Positions 21,399 through 31,560 are shown, counted from the first letter of the stretch. The stretch is DNA of 64,000 nt from Alphaproteobacteria bacterium (GCA_965214705.1 OZ243972.1:928001-992000), one strand, 5' to 3'. A program made the numbers and translations. The notes: generated from the letters alone by a model not told the origin.

Positions 21399-22753
21399 AC
21401 GGCCAGCAGGAGGAACTTGCGCTCCCAGGAACTGACGACGCGCAGGTAGGCGTCGTATTCGGCGCGCACCACTTCGGTGAGGCCCTTGACGAAGTGCTCC
21501 CCGAACATGGCGTTCGCTTCGTCCGAGGACTCGAACTGCTCCAGCGCGGTCCTGAGGTCGAGCGGCAAGGTCTCGAACGCGCCGGTCTCTTCGCCCTCTA
21601 CCGGCAGCGAGGGCTCGAGTTCTTGCGTCACGCCGAGATAGCCGGCGGCGAGCGTGGCGGCGATGGCGAGGTAGGGGTTGGTGTCCGAGCCCGGCAGGCG
21701 GTTCTCGACCCGGCGGTTATGCGGCGGCGCGTCCGGCACGCGTAGACCGGCGATGCGGTTGTCGTAGCCCCAGCCGACATTGAAGGGCTTGCTCGCGCCG
21801 AAGCGGAGCCGGCGGTAGGAGTTGACGTTGGGCGCCATGAGCGGCGTGAAGACCGGTAGGAAACGCTGCAAGCCACCAAGATAGTGGCGGAACGCTGCCG
21901 ACTCAGCCCCTTCCGCGTCGGAGAATAGGGGCCGGCGCTCCGCGCCTTCGTAGACTGATTGGTGCACGTGCATGGCGCTGCCTGGCTCGCTCTGCATCGG
22001 CTTCGCCATGAAGGTGGCGTAGAAGCCGTGGCGTTGGGCCGTCTGGCGCACCGTGCGCTTGAAAACGAACACCTGGTCAGCAAGCCGCAGCGCGTCGCCG
22101 TGACGGAAGTTGATCTCGACCTGCCCGGCCCCGCTCTCGTGATTGAGCGTGTCGATGTCGAGCTCCTGGGCCTCGCAGTAGTCGTAGAGGTCCACGAAGA
22201 AGGGGTCGAACTCGTTGACCGCGTCGATGCCGAACTCCTGACGCCCAGCCTCGCGCCGGCCGGAGGCGCCGATGGGCGGCTTGAGCGGCTGGTCCGGGTC
22301 GGTGTTCTTCTCCACCAGGTAGAACTCGATCTCCGGCGCGATCACAGGATGCCAGCCGCGCTCGGCGAAGCGCTCCAGCAGGCTTGCCAGCACGCGGCGG
22401 GAGTAGAAGGGCGAATGACCGCCGTTGCGCAGCACGCAATCGGCGATCACCTGCGCGGTGGGCTCGTCGTACCAGGGCACCAGGGTGAGCGTCGCGGGAT
22501 CCGGCTCCAGCACGAAGTCGCTGTCGCTCACGTCGATGGAGACGGCGCCCGGCGGCGGAAAGTCGCCGGTGAGCGTGTGGACGAGGACGTTCCTGGGAAG
22601 CCGGTGCTGGCCGCCGGCGAGCCCCTCGATGAACTTGTCCGTGGGCAGAATCTTGCCGCGCGGCACACCCGCGAGGTCTGGCACGATGCACTCGACCTCG
22701 ACGATGTTCCGCTCTCTGAGCCAGGCCTCGATCGCCCGGTGTGCGTCATTCAT
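21395..22753 (-). CDS. puuA: Glutamine synthetase family protein, gamma-glutamylputrescine synthetase-like
   Basis: PEIEFYL, HESGAGQVEIN, FMAKPM, GSAMHVHQS, WGYDNR, RVENRLPG. Confidence 0.72.
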   Translation of the reverse strand: MNDAHRAIEAWLRERNIVEVECIVPDLAGVPRGKILPTDKFIEGLAGGQHRLPRNVLVHTLTGDFPPPGAVSIDVSDSDFVLEPDPATLTLVPWYDEPTAQVIADCVLRNGGHSPFYSRRVLASLLERFAERGWHPVIAPEIEFYLVEKNTDPDQPLKPPIGASGRREAGRQEFGIDAVNEFDPFFVDLYDYCEAQELDIDTLNHESGAGQVEINFRHGDALRLADQVFVFKRTVRQTAQRHGFYATFMAKPMQSEPGSAMHVHQSVYEGAERRPLFSDAEGAESAAFRHYLGGLQRFLPVFTPLMAPNVNSYRRLRFGASKPFNVGWGYDNRIAGLRVPDAPPHNRRVENRLPGSDTNPYLAIAATLAAGYLGVTQELEPSLPVEGEETGAFETLPLDLRTALEQFESSDEANAMFGEHFVKGLTEVVRAEYDAYLRVVSSWERKFLLLAV

Positions 22754-22797
22754 ACGTGCTGCTCCGCCCTCCATATTGGGTCGCGCAAGGCCGGAGT

Positions 22798-24696
22798 CTA
22801 CCGCTCGCCTCGGTTGCCGAAGAGCATCGTCACGTTGATGCGTCGGTTCTCGTAGCCGGGGCGGAAGTCGAGATCGTCGGTGCGGTGGAACAGGTCGGAG
22901 TCAAAGATGACCACGCGGTTCCGCCGATAGGGCACGGTCACCGGCTCGTCGCCGGCTTCCTCCAGGAACTGCGCCATGCGGGCGCTGTCGGCATTGTAGG
23001 TGCGGAAGGCCCAGTCCGACGGCGCGTGCGCCTTGTGAACCACCAACCCACCCGAGGCCGGATCGCGGTTCGCCTCATCGGGGGTCACCCAGAAGTTGAC
23101 ATTGACGGCAGCGAAGTCAGCGTGGGTGGCGATCCCCTGCAACCTGGAATCATACTTGTAGGCCCAGAGCTGCTCCAGCTGGTGAGGCCCGAAGATACCA
23201 GGGAGCCGCACCCGCAGCTCGTCGGCGATCTGGAGTGCGAGCGCCGTGCCGAAGCCGTCCACCAGATAGGCGCCGAGGTAGCCGCGCTTCACCTGATACC
23301 AGACCGTCGCATCGAGGCAGAAGCACCACAGCCGCTCCAGGGCATCTGCGGTCAGGAAATCGTCGACGACCACGAGATTAGGCGTGCTCTCCCGATATGC
23401 GCGCTCGATTTCGTCCGTATCCAGGTCCGGGTTGACGGCACCGTCGGCCGCGGACGGAGCCGCGGGGAGATGAAGGGGGCGGTTGTAGGCGGGGGCGACG
23501 CGCCGCCACTCCCGATCGTCGAGAGTGATCGGTTCGTCCGGAGGGGTATCGGAGGGCAACGCCGCGAGCACCTGTTCGTAGGTGTCGGCAACCTTGTCGA
23601 ACGACGAATCGATGCGGCCTTCGGCGCAGAGCCGGCGGATCTGCTCGGCGTCGTGCTGCAGCTTGAACGGGGCAACCGGGACTGCCGGCCGTTCGTCCCG
23701 CTGGGTCAGCAGGGCAGGTGTCAGCGGCGGGCCGTGGCGCCGCGCGGCCGCGCGGCCGAAGCAGCTGAGAGCCGCGTCAGCGTCGCCGCGGGCCACGTGA
23801 ACCATGCCGAGATTGGCGCGGTAGGTCGCGTTCTCCGGCTTCAGCTCAAGCGCGCGCTCCAGGCTCGCGACCGCCTCGTCTTCGCGGCCGAGGCGCTTGA
23901 GGGCGTTGCCGAGATTGGCATGCGCCGCCGCGTACGCGGGATCGAGGGCGATGGCCTCGCGATAGGCTGCCTCCGCCTCCGCCATGCGGTGGAGGTCCTG
24001 CAGCACGTTGCCGAGGTTGGCGTGCGCCGCGGCAAGCTGCGGATCGAGGTCGATTGCGCGGCGGAGGCTGGCCTCGGCCTCCTCCAAGGCGCCAACCTCC
24101 TGCAATGCGTTGCCGAGGTCGGAACGCACGCTCGCCGCATTCTCGTTGAGCGCGACCGCCCGCTTGAGCGCGTCGACTGCGTCCTGGGCCCGGCCGATCT
24201 CCAATAGGGCGAGGCCAAGCTCCGACTGCGCCGACCTGTGATCGGGCTGGATCGCTAACGCCTTCTCGAACCACTCGACCGCTTCGGCTGGGCGGCCCGC
24301 AGCGCGCAACGCGTGACCGAAGTTGTAGCGGATGTCGGCGTTGCTCTTGTCGAAGGCGGCGGCGCGGCGGTAGTGCGCGTCGGCCTCGTCGAAGCGGCCC
24401 AATCCATTGAAGACGTTGGCGAGATCGTTCAGAAAGCCGGCGTGGCGCGGCGCCCGGCGCGCGGCCTTTGTCAGCAGCGGCAGCGCGTCCTCGAGCCGGC
24501 CTGCCTGGGCATGGAGCACGCCGAAGAGATGCAACGCATCCGCATGGCCGGGACTCTGGCGCAGGACCCGCTGGTAGAGCGCCGCAGCCGCCTCCACCCG
24601 ACCCGCGCGATGATGGGCGAGCGCGGCGCGAAGCATGTCGTCGACAGGGTCGCCGGCGACCCGCCCCTTGGCTCGTCGTCGCTCGCGCCGCGCCAT
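22798..24696 (-). CDS. Tetratricopeptide-repeat protein with C-terminal putative 2OG-Fe(II) oxygenase domain
   Basis: About nine TPR-like repeats (e.g. AAHANLGNVL..A...YREAIALDP); C-terminal HAD...FH...RR pattern; ATG 24696 preceded by GAAGG. Confidence 0.75.
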   Translation of the reverse strand: MARRERRRAKGRVAGDPVDDMLRAALAHHRAGRVEAAAALYQRVLRQSPGHADALHLFGVLHAQAGRLEDALPLLTKAARRAPRHAGFLNDLANVFNGLGRFDEADAHYRRAAAFDKSNADIRYNFGHALRAAGRPAEAVEWFEKALAIQPDHRSAQSELGLALLEIGRAQDAVDALKRAVALNENAASVRSDLGNALQEVGALEEAEASLRRAIDLDPQLAAAHANLGNVLQDLHRMAEAEAAYREAIALDPAYAAAHANLGNALKRLGREDEAVASLERALELKPENATYRANLGMVHVARGDADAALSCFGRAAARRHGPPLTPALLTQRDERPAVPVAPFKLQHDAEQIRRLCAEGRIDSSFDKVADTYEQVLAALPSDTPPDEPITLDDREWRRVAPAYNRPLHLPAAPSAADGAVNPDLDTDEIERAYRESTPNLVVVDDFLTADALERLWCFCLDATVWYQVKRGYLGAYLVDGFGTALALQIADELRVRLPGIFGPHQLEQLWAYKYDSRLQGIATHADFAAVNVNFWVTPDEANRDPASGGLVVHKAHAPSDWAFRTYNADSARMAQFLEEAGDEPVTVPYRRNRVVIFDSDLFHRTDDLDFRPGYENRRINVTMLFGNRGER

Positions 24697-24746
24697 CACA
24701 CCTTCATGGGAGTTGGAATATCCGGGGCCCGTCGCCGGGCGAACGC

Positions 24747-25832
24747 TTATCCCGCCGCGTTCAGAGCAAGCCCGGATTCGGCGTCGAAGAGCGTAATGCG
24801 GTTCGCGCGGAGAGCGAGACCGACCTGGGCGCCGATAGAGACCGGCTCGTGCACGTCCATGCTCGCCGCCACGTATTCGCGGTTGACCAGCAGGCCATCG
24901 GCACCATCGAGCGTGATGAACGCGATGATGACGCCGCCGTAAGATTCGGTGAACTCGATAGTCCCGTCGATGAGGCCCTCGCCCGGCGGATGCAGGATCA
25001 CGTCCTCGGGCCGGATGCCGAGGACGATTGATCCGCTGCCCTCGGCGCTCGCGCCCTCCAGCGCGCGATTGGCGACCGTGACCCTGCCCTCGCTGAGCTC
25101 GCCCTTCAGAAAGTTGATACCGGGGCTGCCGATAAAGTCGGCGACGAACATGTTGGCCGGGCGCTCGTAGATCGTGACCGGATCGGCCACCTGCTGGACC
25201 TCGCCCTTGTTGAGCACGGCCACGCGGTCCGAGAGGATCAGCGCCTCGGCCTGGTCGTGGGTCACGTAGATCGTCGTCACCTTGTAGGCCTGATGGAGGC
25301 GCTTGAGCTCGGTCCGCATGTGCTCGCGCAGCTTGAGGTCTAGGTTGGAAAGCGGCTCGTCCATCAGATAGCAGGCGGGGCTCCGCACCATGGCGCGGCC
25401 GAGGGCGACACGCTGACGCTCGCCGCCGGAGAGCTTGGCCGGCTTGCGCTCGAGCAGCGTCTCGATATTGAGCAGCTCCGCCGTCTCGCGCGCCTTCTGC
25501 ACCGCCTCGGCTTTGGACATGCCGGCGACCGTGAGGCCGAGGGTCATGTTCTGCAGCGCGGTCATGTGCGGATAGAGCGCGTAGGTCTGGAAGACCATCG
25601 CCACGTCGCGATCGCCCGGATTGACGTTGGTGACATCGCGCTCGCCGATCGCGATGGAGCCTTCGGTCGGCTCCTCCAGCCCTGCGATCAGGCGGAGCGT
25701 CGTGGTCTTGCCGCATCCCGACGGCCCGAGCAGGGTCAGGAACTCGCCCTTGGCAATGTCGAGGTCGATCCCCTTGACGGCCTCGGTGCCGTCTCGAAAC
25801 CGCTTTACCAATCCCCTGAGCGTGACGTTCAT
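24747..25832 (-). CDS. Carbohydrate-type (CUT1) ABC transporter ATP-binding protein
   Basis: GPSGCGKTT, VFQTYALYPHM, LSGGERQR, DEPLSNLD, VTHDQAEA. Confidence 0.9.
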   Translation of the reverse strand: MNVTLRGLVKRFRDGTEAVKGIDLDIAKGEFLTLLGPSGCGKTTTLRLIAGLEEPTEGSIAIGERDVTNVNPGDRDVAMVFQTYALYPHMTALQNMTLGLTVAGMSKAEAVQKARETAELLNIETLLERKPAKLSGGERQRVALGRAMVRSPACYLMDEPLSNLDLKLREHMRTELKRLHQAYKVTTIYVTHDQAEALILSDRVAVLNKGEVQQVADPVTIYERPANMFVADFIGSPGINFLKGELSEGRVTVANRALEGASAEGSGSIVLGIRPEDVILHPPGEGLIDGTIEFTESYGGVIIAFITLDGADGLLVNREYVAASMDVHEPVSIGAQVGLALRANRITLFDAESGLALNAAG

Positions 25833-25839
25833 GGCGGCC

Positions 25840-26658
25840 CTATTTCACCGCGCCGAGCGCAAGGCCGCGCGCGATGTGTCGCTGGAGGAGGAACACGACG
25901 GCGATCATGGGCAATAGCTGTATCACCGCGCCGGCGCTGAGCGAACCCCACAATACGTTGTAGAGGTCGATGGTCTTCTGCAGCGCGACCGGCATCGTCG
26001 TCGCCTTGTCGTAGGTGAGGAACAGCGCATAGAGATATTCGTTCCAACTGAAGACGAAGGTGAAGATGGCCGTGACCGCGATACCGGGCGCGGCCATCGG
26101 CAGAATTAATCGGAAGATAATCTGCAGCCAGCCCAGCCCGTCGAGCCGCGCCGCCTCCTCCACCTCCTTCGGCAAATCGAGCAGGAATCCGCGCAGAATC
26201 CAGACCGCGAACGGCAGCCCGAAGGCGACATAGACGACAATCAGCACGATTTGCGTATCGATCAAACCGAACCAGTTGGCCATCTTGAAGTAGGGCAGCA
26301 CGACGACCACGCCTGGCATAAATCGCAATGAGAGTATTACAAGGGCCCAGGTATCGCCCCCCATGAGCCCCATCCGCGCAACCGCGTAGGCCGCAGGTAG
26401 CGCCAAAATCATCACGATCAGGGTCGAAACGCCGACCGTGATCAGGCTGTTCAAGATCGCCCGATCGAAGAGGAAGCGATCGAATATCTCGACGTAGTGC
26501 TCGCCGGTCGGCTCGAACGAGTAGAAGGTGGGCGTCGGGGCATTGATGACGTTGGTGGGCTTCACCGAGGTGAGCGCCACCCACAGCACCGGGATCAGCC
26601 AGACGACGACGACGAGCACCGCGAGGATATTGATCGCGCGCGTGTAGATCGACGACAT
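25840..26658 (-). CDS. Carbohydrate ABC transporter permease (MalG-like)
   Basis: Six hydrophobic segments; EAA loop VEEAARLDG; FSWNEY. Confidence 0.88.
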   Translation of the reverse strand: MSSIYTRAINILAVLVVVVWLIPVLWVALTSVKPTNVINAPTPTFYSFEPTGEHYVEIFDRFLFDRAILNSLITVGVSTLIVMILALPAAYAVARMGLMGGDTWALVILSLRFMPGVVVVLPYFKMANWFGLIDTQIVLIVVYVAFGLPFAVWILRGFLLDLPKEVEEAARLDGLGWLQIIFRLILPMAAPGIAVTAIFTFVFSWNEYLYALFLTYDKATTMPVALQKTIDLYNVLWGSLSAGAVIQLLPMIAVVFLLQRHIARGLALGAVK

Positions 26659-27623
26659 CAGGGTTGGTCAGCGGCGCGCGCCGCCTTCTCCGTTCGGTAG
26701 AGCGTGTTGAGGAATGCAAGCACGACGATGTTGATCAGGATCAGGATGAGGAAGCCATAGGCCGCCATCAGGCCGAGATGGCCCTGCTCGAAGATGGTGT
26801 AGTCATAGACGCTCGCCATCAGCGTCGACGACCCCGGCCCGCCCTTGGTCATGATGAAGTTGAGATCGAAGATGCGGATCGAATCCACGAGCCGGATCAG
26901 GATCACCACCATGATGACCGGGCGGATCAGCGGAATCACGATGCGCGTATAGAAGGTGACGCCGCGTACCCGGTCGAGCCGTGCGGCCTCCGTGATCTCC
27001 GGCGAGATGCTCTGCATACCGGCGAGCAAAATCAGCGCGATGAAGGGCGTCCACTGCCAGCAGTCGACCAACATCAGCGTCATCAGCGCCGTATCCTTGT
27101 GCGAGAGCCAAGTCCACTTCTCGAGGCCGAAGCCGGTGTTGAGGATCCAGTTGGCGAGGCCAGAGACCGGCTCGAAGATGAAGCGCCAGGTAAGCCCCAT
27201 GGCGATCGGCGAGATGAACACCGGGATGATGATGAGCGTGCGCAGGAGACCCGCGCCCTGCATCTTTCGGTCGAGCAGGACTGCGAGGAAGAAGCCGAGG
27301 ACCATCTGGATCGAAACGACGACGACGGCCCATATCACCGTCAGCTCGATGCTGTTCCAGAAGCGGCGGTCCTCAAACAGGTCGTTGTAGTTGCGCCAGC
27401 CGACGAAGCGCGCCACGTCCGGGTTGTAAAGCGGGTCGACCTTGAAGGAGAGCGTGCCCGAGAAGATCAGGGGGAAAATTGCGAGCGCGAGCAGGACAAT
27501 GACGCAAGGCGCGAGCAGCAGGTAGGCCGTGCGCCGTTGCTGGCGAGCGACGGCGCCGGGTCGCCCCTGTCGAGGCGGCCCGGCCGCTCGGGACGGCCGG
27601 GCCTCAAGGGTAAGAGCGGTCAC
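26658..27623 (-). CDS. Carbohydrate ABC transporter permease (MalF-like)
   Basis: WQWTPFIALILLAGMQSI, EAARLD, MTKGGPG. Confidence 0.88.
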   Translation of the reverse strand: MTALTLEARPSRAAGPPRQGRPGAVARQQRRTAYLLLAPCVIVLLALAIFPLIFSGTLSFKVDPLYNPDVARFVGWRNYNDLFEDRRFWNSIELTVIWAVVVVSIQMVLGFFLAVLLDRKMQGAGLLRTLIIIPVFISPIAMGLTWRFIFEPVSGLANWILNTGFGLEKWTWLSHKDTALMTLMLVDCWQWTPFIALILLAGMQSISPEITEAARLDRVRGVTFYTRIVIPLIRPVIMVVILIRLVDSIRIFDLNFIMTKGGPGSSTLMASVYDYTIFEQGHLGLMAAYGFLILILINIVVLAFLNTLYRTEKAARAADQP

Positions 27624-27663
27624 GCCCGAGGCTCCGAGGAGCCCCTGGCCCTAAACGCTGCGG

Positions 27664-29088
27664 CTAAACGTAGCCGCTGTCCTCCATGATGCGCTGGGTC
27701 CGCTTCTCCATAGCGGCGAGCGCATCCTCGATACTCTGCTCCTCGTTGACCGCGTCGGCCACTTCTTCGCCCATCGCGCCCATGATGGCGTAGGCCTCCG
27801 GTATCACCGGGGCATTCACGACGCACACCGGATAGGCCTTCATCAGGCCCACGAAGAAGGGCTTGCGGTCGGACCAGCGGCTGAGCGTGGAACGCCGCGA
27901 GAGCTGGCCGCCGGCCCCCACGATCGCATCCGCGATGAGCTGACTGCCGCCCAGATCCTCGTTGTCGCCCGAGTTGAGGAACTTGATCCAGGCGAACGCG
28001 GTCTCGCGATTGCCGCCCCAGGTCGGCATGAACTGACCGAACCCGCCGGTAAGCGCGCGGTGCCCGCCCTTTTCCCCGGTGCCTCTCGGCGAGAGATCCA
28101 TGTGCCAGTGCTCGTGCAGGTCGGTGTAGGTCGGGTCGTTGAGCACCGCCGTGCCCCAGGTCAGCGGGCTGTAGAGTGCCGTGCCTTGAGCGAACACCAG
28201 GTTCACTTCGTCCTCGCCGGCGTTGGCGGAGACCGGATGGGCGTACTTCTGGAGATCGACCAGCACCTTGAGCGCCTGGTAGCCCTCCTCGGTGTTGATC
28301 GCCACTGTCCAGTCCTCGGCGACCTCGTCCACGAAGACATCGCCGCCCATGCTGCGCAGAGATCCGTAATACTGGTAGCCGGCCCAGAAATTGCGCGCCA
28401 TTGCCGCGCAATAGGCGTAGCGCTCGTTGGCCGGGTCGTGGATCTCCTTGCAGGCGTCGATCACGTCGTCCCAGGTCTCCGGCACCGGGATGCCGGCGCT
28501 CTCGAAGACGTCCTTGCGATAGAAGGTCATCATCGCGTTGCCGTCCGGCGCCAGCGCTGCGATGTAGCCTGGCGGTGCCGGCCCCTTGGGCAGGTTCCAC
28601 ATGTGCCGGTAGGCCTCCGGCACATCCTGCTCGTAGTCCGCAAGCCAGTCTGGGAACGGCTCCAGGTAGGGGCCGAGGTCGGTCAGCGCGCCCATCGCGT
28701 CGAGGGCTGCGAACTGCGCGTGGTCCTGCGTGATGACGTCGAACGCATCGCTCTTGGACCGCATGTAGGTGTTGATCTGGGTCAGCGCCTCGCTCATCGG
28801 CTTGGAGACAACCTCCAGCTCGACGTTGGGGAACACCTTGTCGAAGAGCGGCTTGACCGCCCTCAAGGAGTTCGCGAGCCGTTTGCCGGACGACGCGAAG
28901 TGAACGATGGTGCCGCCGACGTCGGCATGCACCTCCTTCGGCACGAACTGCGACGCCAGCGTTGCGCCCAGCGCCGTTGCGGCTGAAGCCTTGAGCACCT
29001 GGCGGCGGGTCAGCTCCCGCTCGCGAAAGTGCTTGATGCGCTTCATCGCGCTGTCGTAAGCCCTGCCATCGTGATCTGAATTCCGCAT
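27664..29088 (-). CDS. Carbohydrate ABC transporter substrate-binding protein, Tat-exported
   Basis: Twin-arginine TRRQVLK plus VHA cleavage site; FYRKDVF, PETWDD (SBP family 1); first gene of the ABC operon. Confidence 0.85.
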   Translation of the reverse strand: MRNSDHDGRAYDSAMKRIKHFRERELTRRQVLKASAATALGATLASQFVPKEVHADVGGTIVHFASSGKRLANSLRAVKPLFDKVFPNVELEVVSKPMSEALTQINTYMRSKSDAFDVITQDHAQFAALDAMGALTDLGPYLEPFPDWLADYEQDVPEAYRHMWNLPKGPAPPGYIAALAPDGNAMMTFYRKDVFESAGIPVPETWDDVIDACKEIHDPANERYAYCAAMARNFWAGYQYYGSLRSMGGDVFVDEVAEDWTVAINTEEGYQALKVLVDLQKYAHPVSANAGEDEVNLVFAQGTALYSPLTWGTAVLNDPTYTDLHEHWHMDLSPRGTGEKGGHRALTGGFGQFMPTWGGNRETAFAWIKFLNSGDNEDLGGSQLIADAIVGAGGQLSRRSTLSRWSDRKPFFVGLMKAYPVCVVNAPVIPEAYAIMGAMGEEVADAVNEEQSIEDALAAMEKRTQRIMEDSGYV

Positions 29089-29268
29089 ATGCGCCTCCCC
29101 TAGGGTGTCTGCGTCGGGCAGATGGAAGCCTCCCCATCTGCAAAAACGCTAGCACGGATGACTCACCACGGTCACGGCCCGCGTTCCTACCCATGCGCGT
29201 CTGTCCTTTCCGCACGCGGTGTGTAGACTGCGCGCCGGCACGCACCTTCACGATTCGGGAGCAAGGCC

Positions 29269-29883
29269 TTGTTCAAATCCAGATTGCGGCGGCTCTCGGT
29301 CTTTCTCGCGCTTGCCGTCGCGGCGGGGAGCATGATGACTGACCAGACCGAGACCCAAGCCGACGAGGGCACAAGCCCGCTCGTCACCTTCGAGACCACA
29401 CACGGCTCGTTCTCCGTCGCGCTGGAGCCCGAATCCGCGCCCAAGACGGTCGAGAACTTCCTCGCCTACGTGCGAGACGGGCACTACGACGGAACCATCT
29501 TCCACCGCATCATCGCGGGCTTCATGATCTAGGGCGGCGGCTACGACGAGCGTTACCAGCAGCTGCCGACCCGCGCGCCGATCGAGAACGAAGCGCCGGA
29601 CGCGCCCGGCAACGACCGAGGAACGATCGCCATGGCGCGCACGGCCGATCCCCACTCCGCCACGGCGCAGTTCTTCATCAACGTGGTGGACAACGACTTC
29701 CTCAACCATCGCGGCAAGAACCCGCAGGGCTGGGGCTACGCCGCGTTCGGCCAGGTGGTCGACGGCATGGAGACGGTGGACCGCATCGCCGCGCTGCAAA
29801 CCGGACCCGGCGGCCCATTCCCGAGCGACGTGCCAAAAGAAGCCGTGGTCATCGAGAAAGTGACGGCGGGCCCCGGCTCCTGA
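29269..29883 (+). pseudogene. ppiA: Cyclophilin-type peptidyl-prolyl isomerase (PpiA-like) interrupted by in-frame TAG at 29530-29532
   Basis: APKTVENFLAY, YDGTIFHRIIAGFMI*GGG (normally FMIQGGG), then in the same frame [28 protein letters not shown]; N-terminal signal-peptide-like stretch. Confidence 0.85.
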
Positions 29884-29919
29884 CCGCCAAGCGCTGAACC
29901 TCGACCAGCGGTCCGGGCG

Positions 29920-31524
29920 ATGCAGACCGACCATCAAGCGGACTACATCGTCGTCGGCGCGGGCTCGGCCGGGAGCGTCGTCGCCGCGCGTCTCTCCGAG
30001 GACGGGCGGCAGCGGGTGCTGCTGCTGGAAGCCGGCGGTTCGGATCGCCGCCTCGCCATTCTCATGCCGGCAGCGACCATGCTGCTCGCGATCACCAATC
30101 CACGTTACGACTGGCGCTTCATGGCGGAGCCGGACCCCACCCGAAACGGCCGCGAAGATTTCATGCCGCGCGGCAAGGTGTTGGGCGGCACCAGCTCGAT
30201 CAACGCCACCTCGTTCATTCGAGGAGCGCCGGAGGATTACAACGGCTGGGCGGCGCTCGGTTGTCGAGGCTGGGACTTCGACACCGTGCTTCCCTACTTC
30301 CGCCGGCTTGAAGATTACGAGGGCGGCGCAAACGAGTACCGGGGCACCGGCGGCCCGCTCTCGGTCTCCCACATCCGCTCGGTGCATCCGCTCTCCCGCG
30401 CCCTGATCGAGAGCTGCGTCAAGGCGGGCATGACGTTCCGGGAAGATATCAACCTGCCGCCACAGATGGGCGTGGGCTACATGCAGGCCAGCCAGCGCAA
30501 GGGCTGGCGGCACAGTGCGTCTCGCGCGTATCTCTGGCCGGCCAAGGGCCGCGACAACCTGCGCATCGTGACCCACGCGCAGGCACTATGCGTCACGTTC
30601 GAGGGCACCCGCGCCACGGGCGTCGAGTATCTGCGCCGGGGCAAGCGCCGGCGCGCAACCGCCGCCAAAGCAGTCATCCTTTGCGCGGGCAGTTTCGGCT
30701 CGCCGCAGCTTCTGATGCTCTCTGGCGTCGGCCCTGCGGCGCAGCTGCGCGAGCACGGCATCGAGGTCCGCCACGATCTCCCCGGCGTCGGCGAGAACAT
30801 GCAGGACCACGCCGGGATCAGCCAGACCATGTGGGTCAACCACACCACCTACAACGTGCAGACCGGGCCGCTCAGCGCAATGGTCTACGGCGCCCAGTGG
30901 CTGCTGGCAGGCACCGGGCCCGGATCGACGCCCATCGCCCAAGTTTGTGGCTACAGACGCTGCGACCCCAGCAAGTCACGCAGTCACGTGCAATATCTCT
31001 TCTCACCGGCGGGCTACGATCTGACCGAAGATGGGCCGGAAGTCTTTGAAAGACCCGCGATCACGGGCCTCACTAACCTGCACCGGCCTTATTCGGCCGG
31101 GACCGTGCGCCTTACCTCGGCCGATCCGCTCAAGCAGCCCGCGATTCAGCCCAACCTCTTCGCCGACGAGCGCGACATCGAGACCTTGATTCTCGGTTCC
31201 CGCTTCTTCCGCACGGTGCTGGAGAGCGAGCCCATCGCGGGCTACATCGTGGGCGAGCACCTGCCTGGCAAAGACGTGCAGAGCGACGACGAGTGGACCG
31301 ACTACATCCGCGCCCACGCCATGGGCGTCTATCACCCCGCCGGCACTTGCAAAATGGGGCATGACCCCATGGCGGTGGTGGACGACAGCCTCAAGGTGCA
31401 CGGGTTGGAGGGGCTCTTCGTCGCCGACGCCTCGATCATGCCGACGGTCGTCAGTGCCAACCTCAACGCCACCTGCATTATGATCGGCGAGCGCGCGGCG
31501 GAGATGGTTCGCGCCGACACGTGA
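29920..31524 (+). CDS. GMC family oxidoreductase (choline dehydrogenase-like)
   Basis: VGAGSAG, RGKVLGGTSSIN, VGENMQDH, YHPAGTCKMG, NLNATCIMIGE. Confidence 0.9.
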   Translation: MQTDHQADYIVVGAGSAGSVVAARLSEDGRQRVLLLEAGGSDRRLAILMPAATMLLAITNPRYDWRFMAEPDPTRNGREDFMPRGKVLGGTSSINATSFIRGAPEDYNGWAALGCRGWDFDTVLPYFRRLEDYEGGANEYRGTGGPLSVSHIRSVHPLSRALIESCVKAGMTFREDINLPPQMGVGYMQASQRKGWRHSASRAYLWPAKGRDNLRIVTHAQALCVTFEGTRATGVEYLRRGKRRRATAAKAVILCAGSFGSPQLLMLSGVGPAAQLREHGIEVRHDLPGVGENMQDHAGISQTMWVNHTTYNVQTGPLSAMVYGAQWLLAGTGPGSTPIAQVCGYRRCDPSKSRSHVQYLFSPAGYDLTEDGPEVFERPAITGLTNLHRPYSAGTVRLTSADPLKQPAIQPNLFADERDIETLILGSRFFRTVLESEPIAGYIVGEHLPGKDVQSDDEWTDYIRAHAMGVYHPAGTCKMGHDPMAVVDDSLKVHGLEGLFVADASIMPTVVSANLNATCIMIGERAAEMVRADT

Positions 31525-31560
31525 TTATCGCCGCCGGAAAGAACCTCCAGGGAGGACCCC

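Noticed and set aside
24697-25716. N-terminal 340 aa of the 972-aa ORF 22798..25716
   Set aside because: Out-of-frame overlap with the ABC ATPase gene, with R/A/G-rich shadow composition; the TPR protein has its own SD and ATG at 24696
29118-29146. GCAGATGG/CCATCTGC hairpin with A-run as a terminator
   Set aside because: The U-tract falls on the wrong side on the minus strand and it sits in a divergent promoter gap; more likely a 5' leader stem
29530-29532. Genome-wide TAG recoding or pyrrolysine use
   Set aside because: TAG is the normal stop of several conserved genes here and no pyl genes or suppressor tRNA are visible
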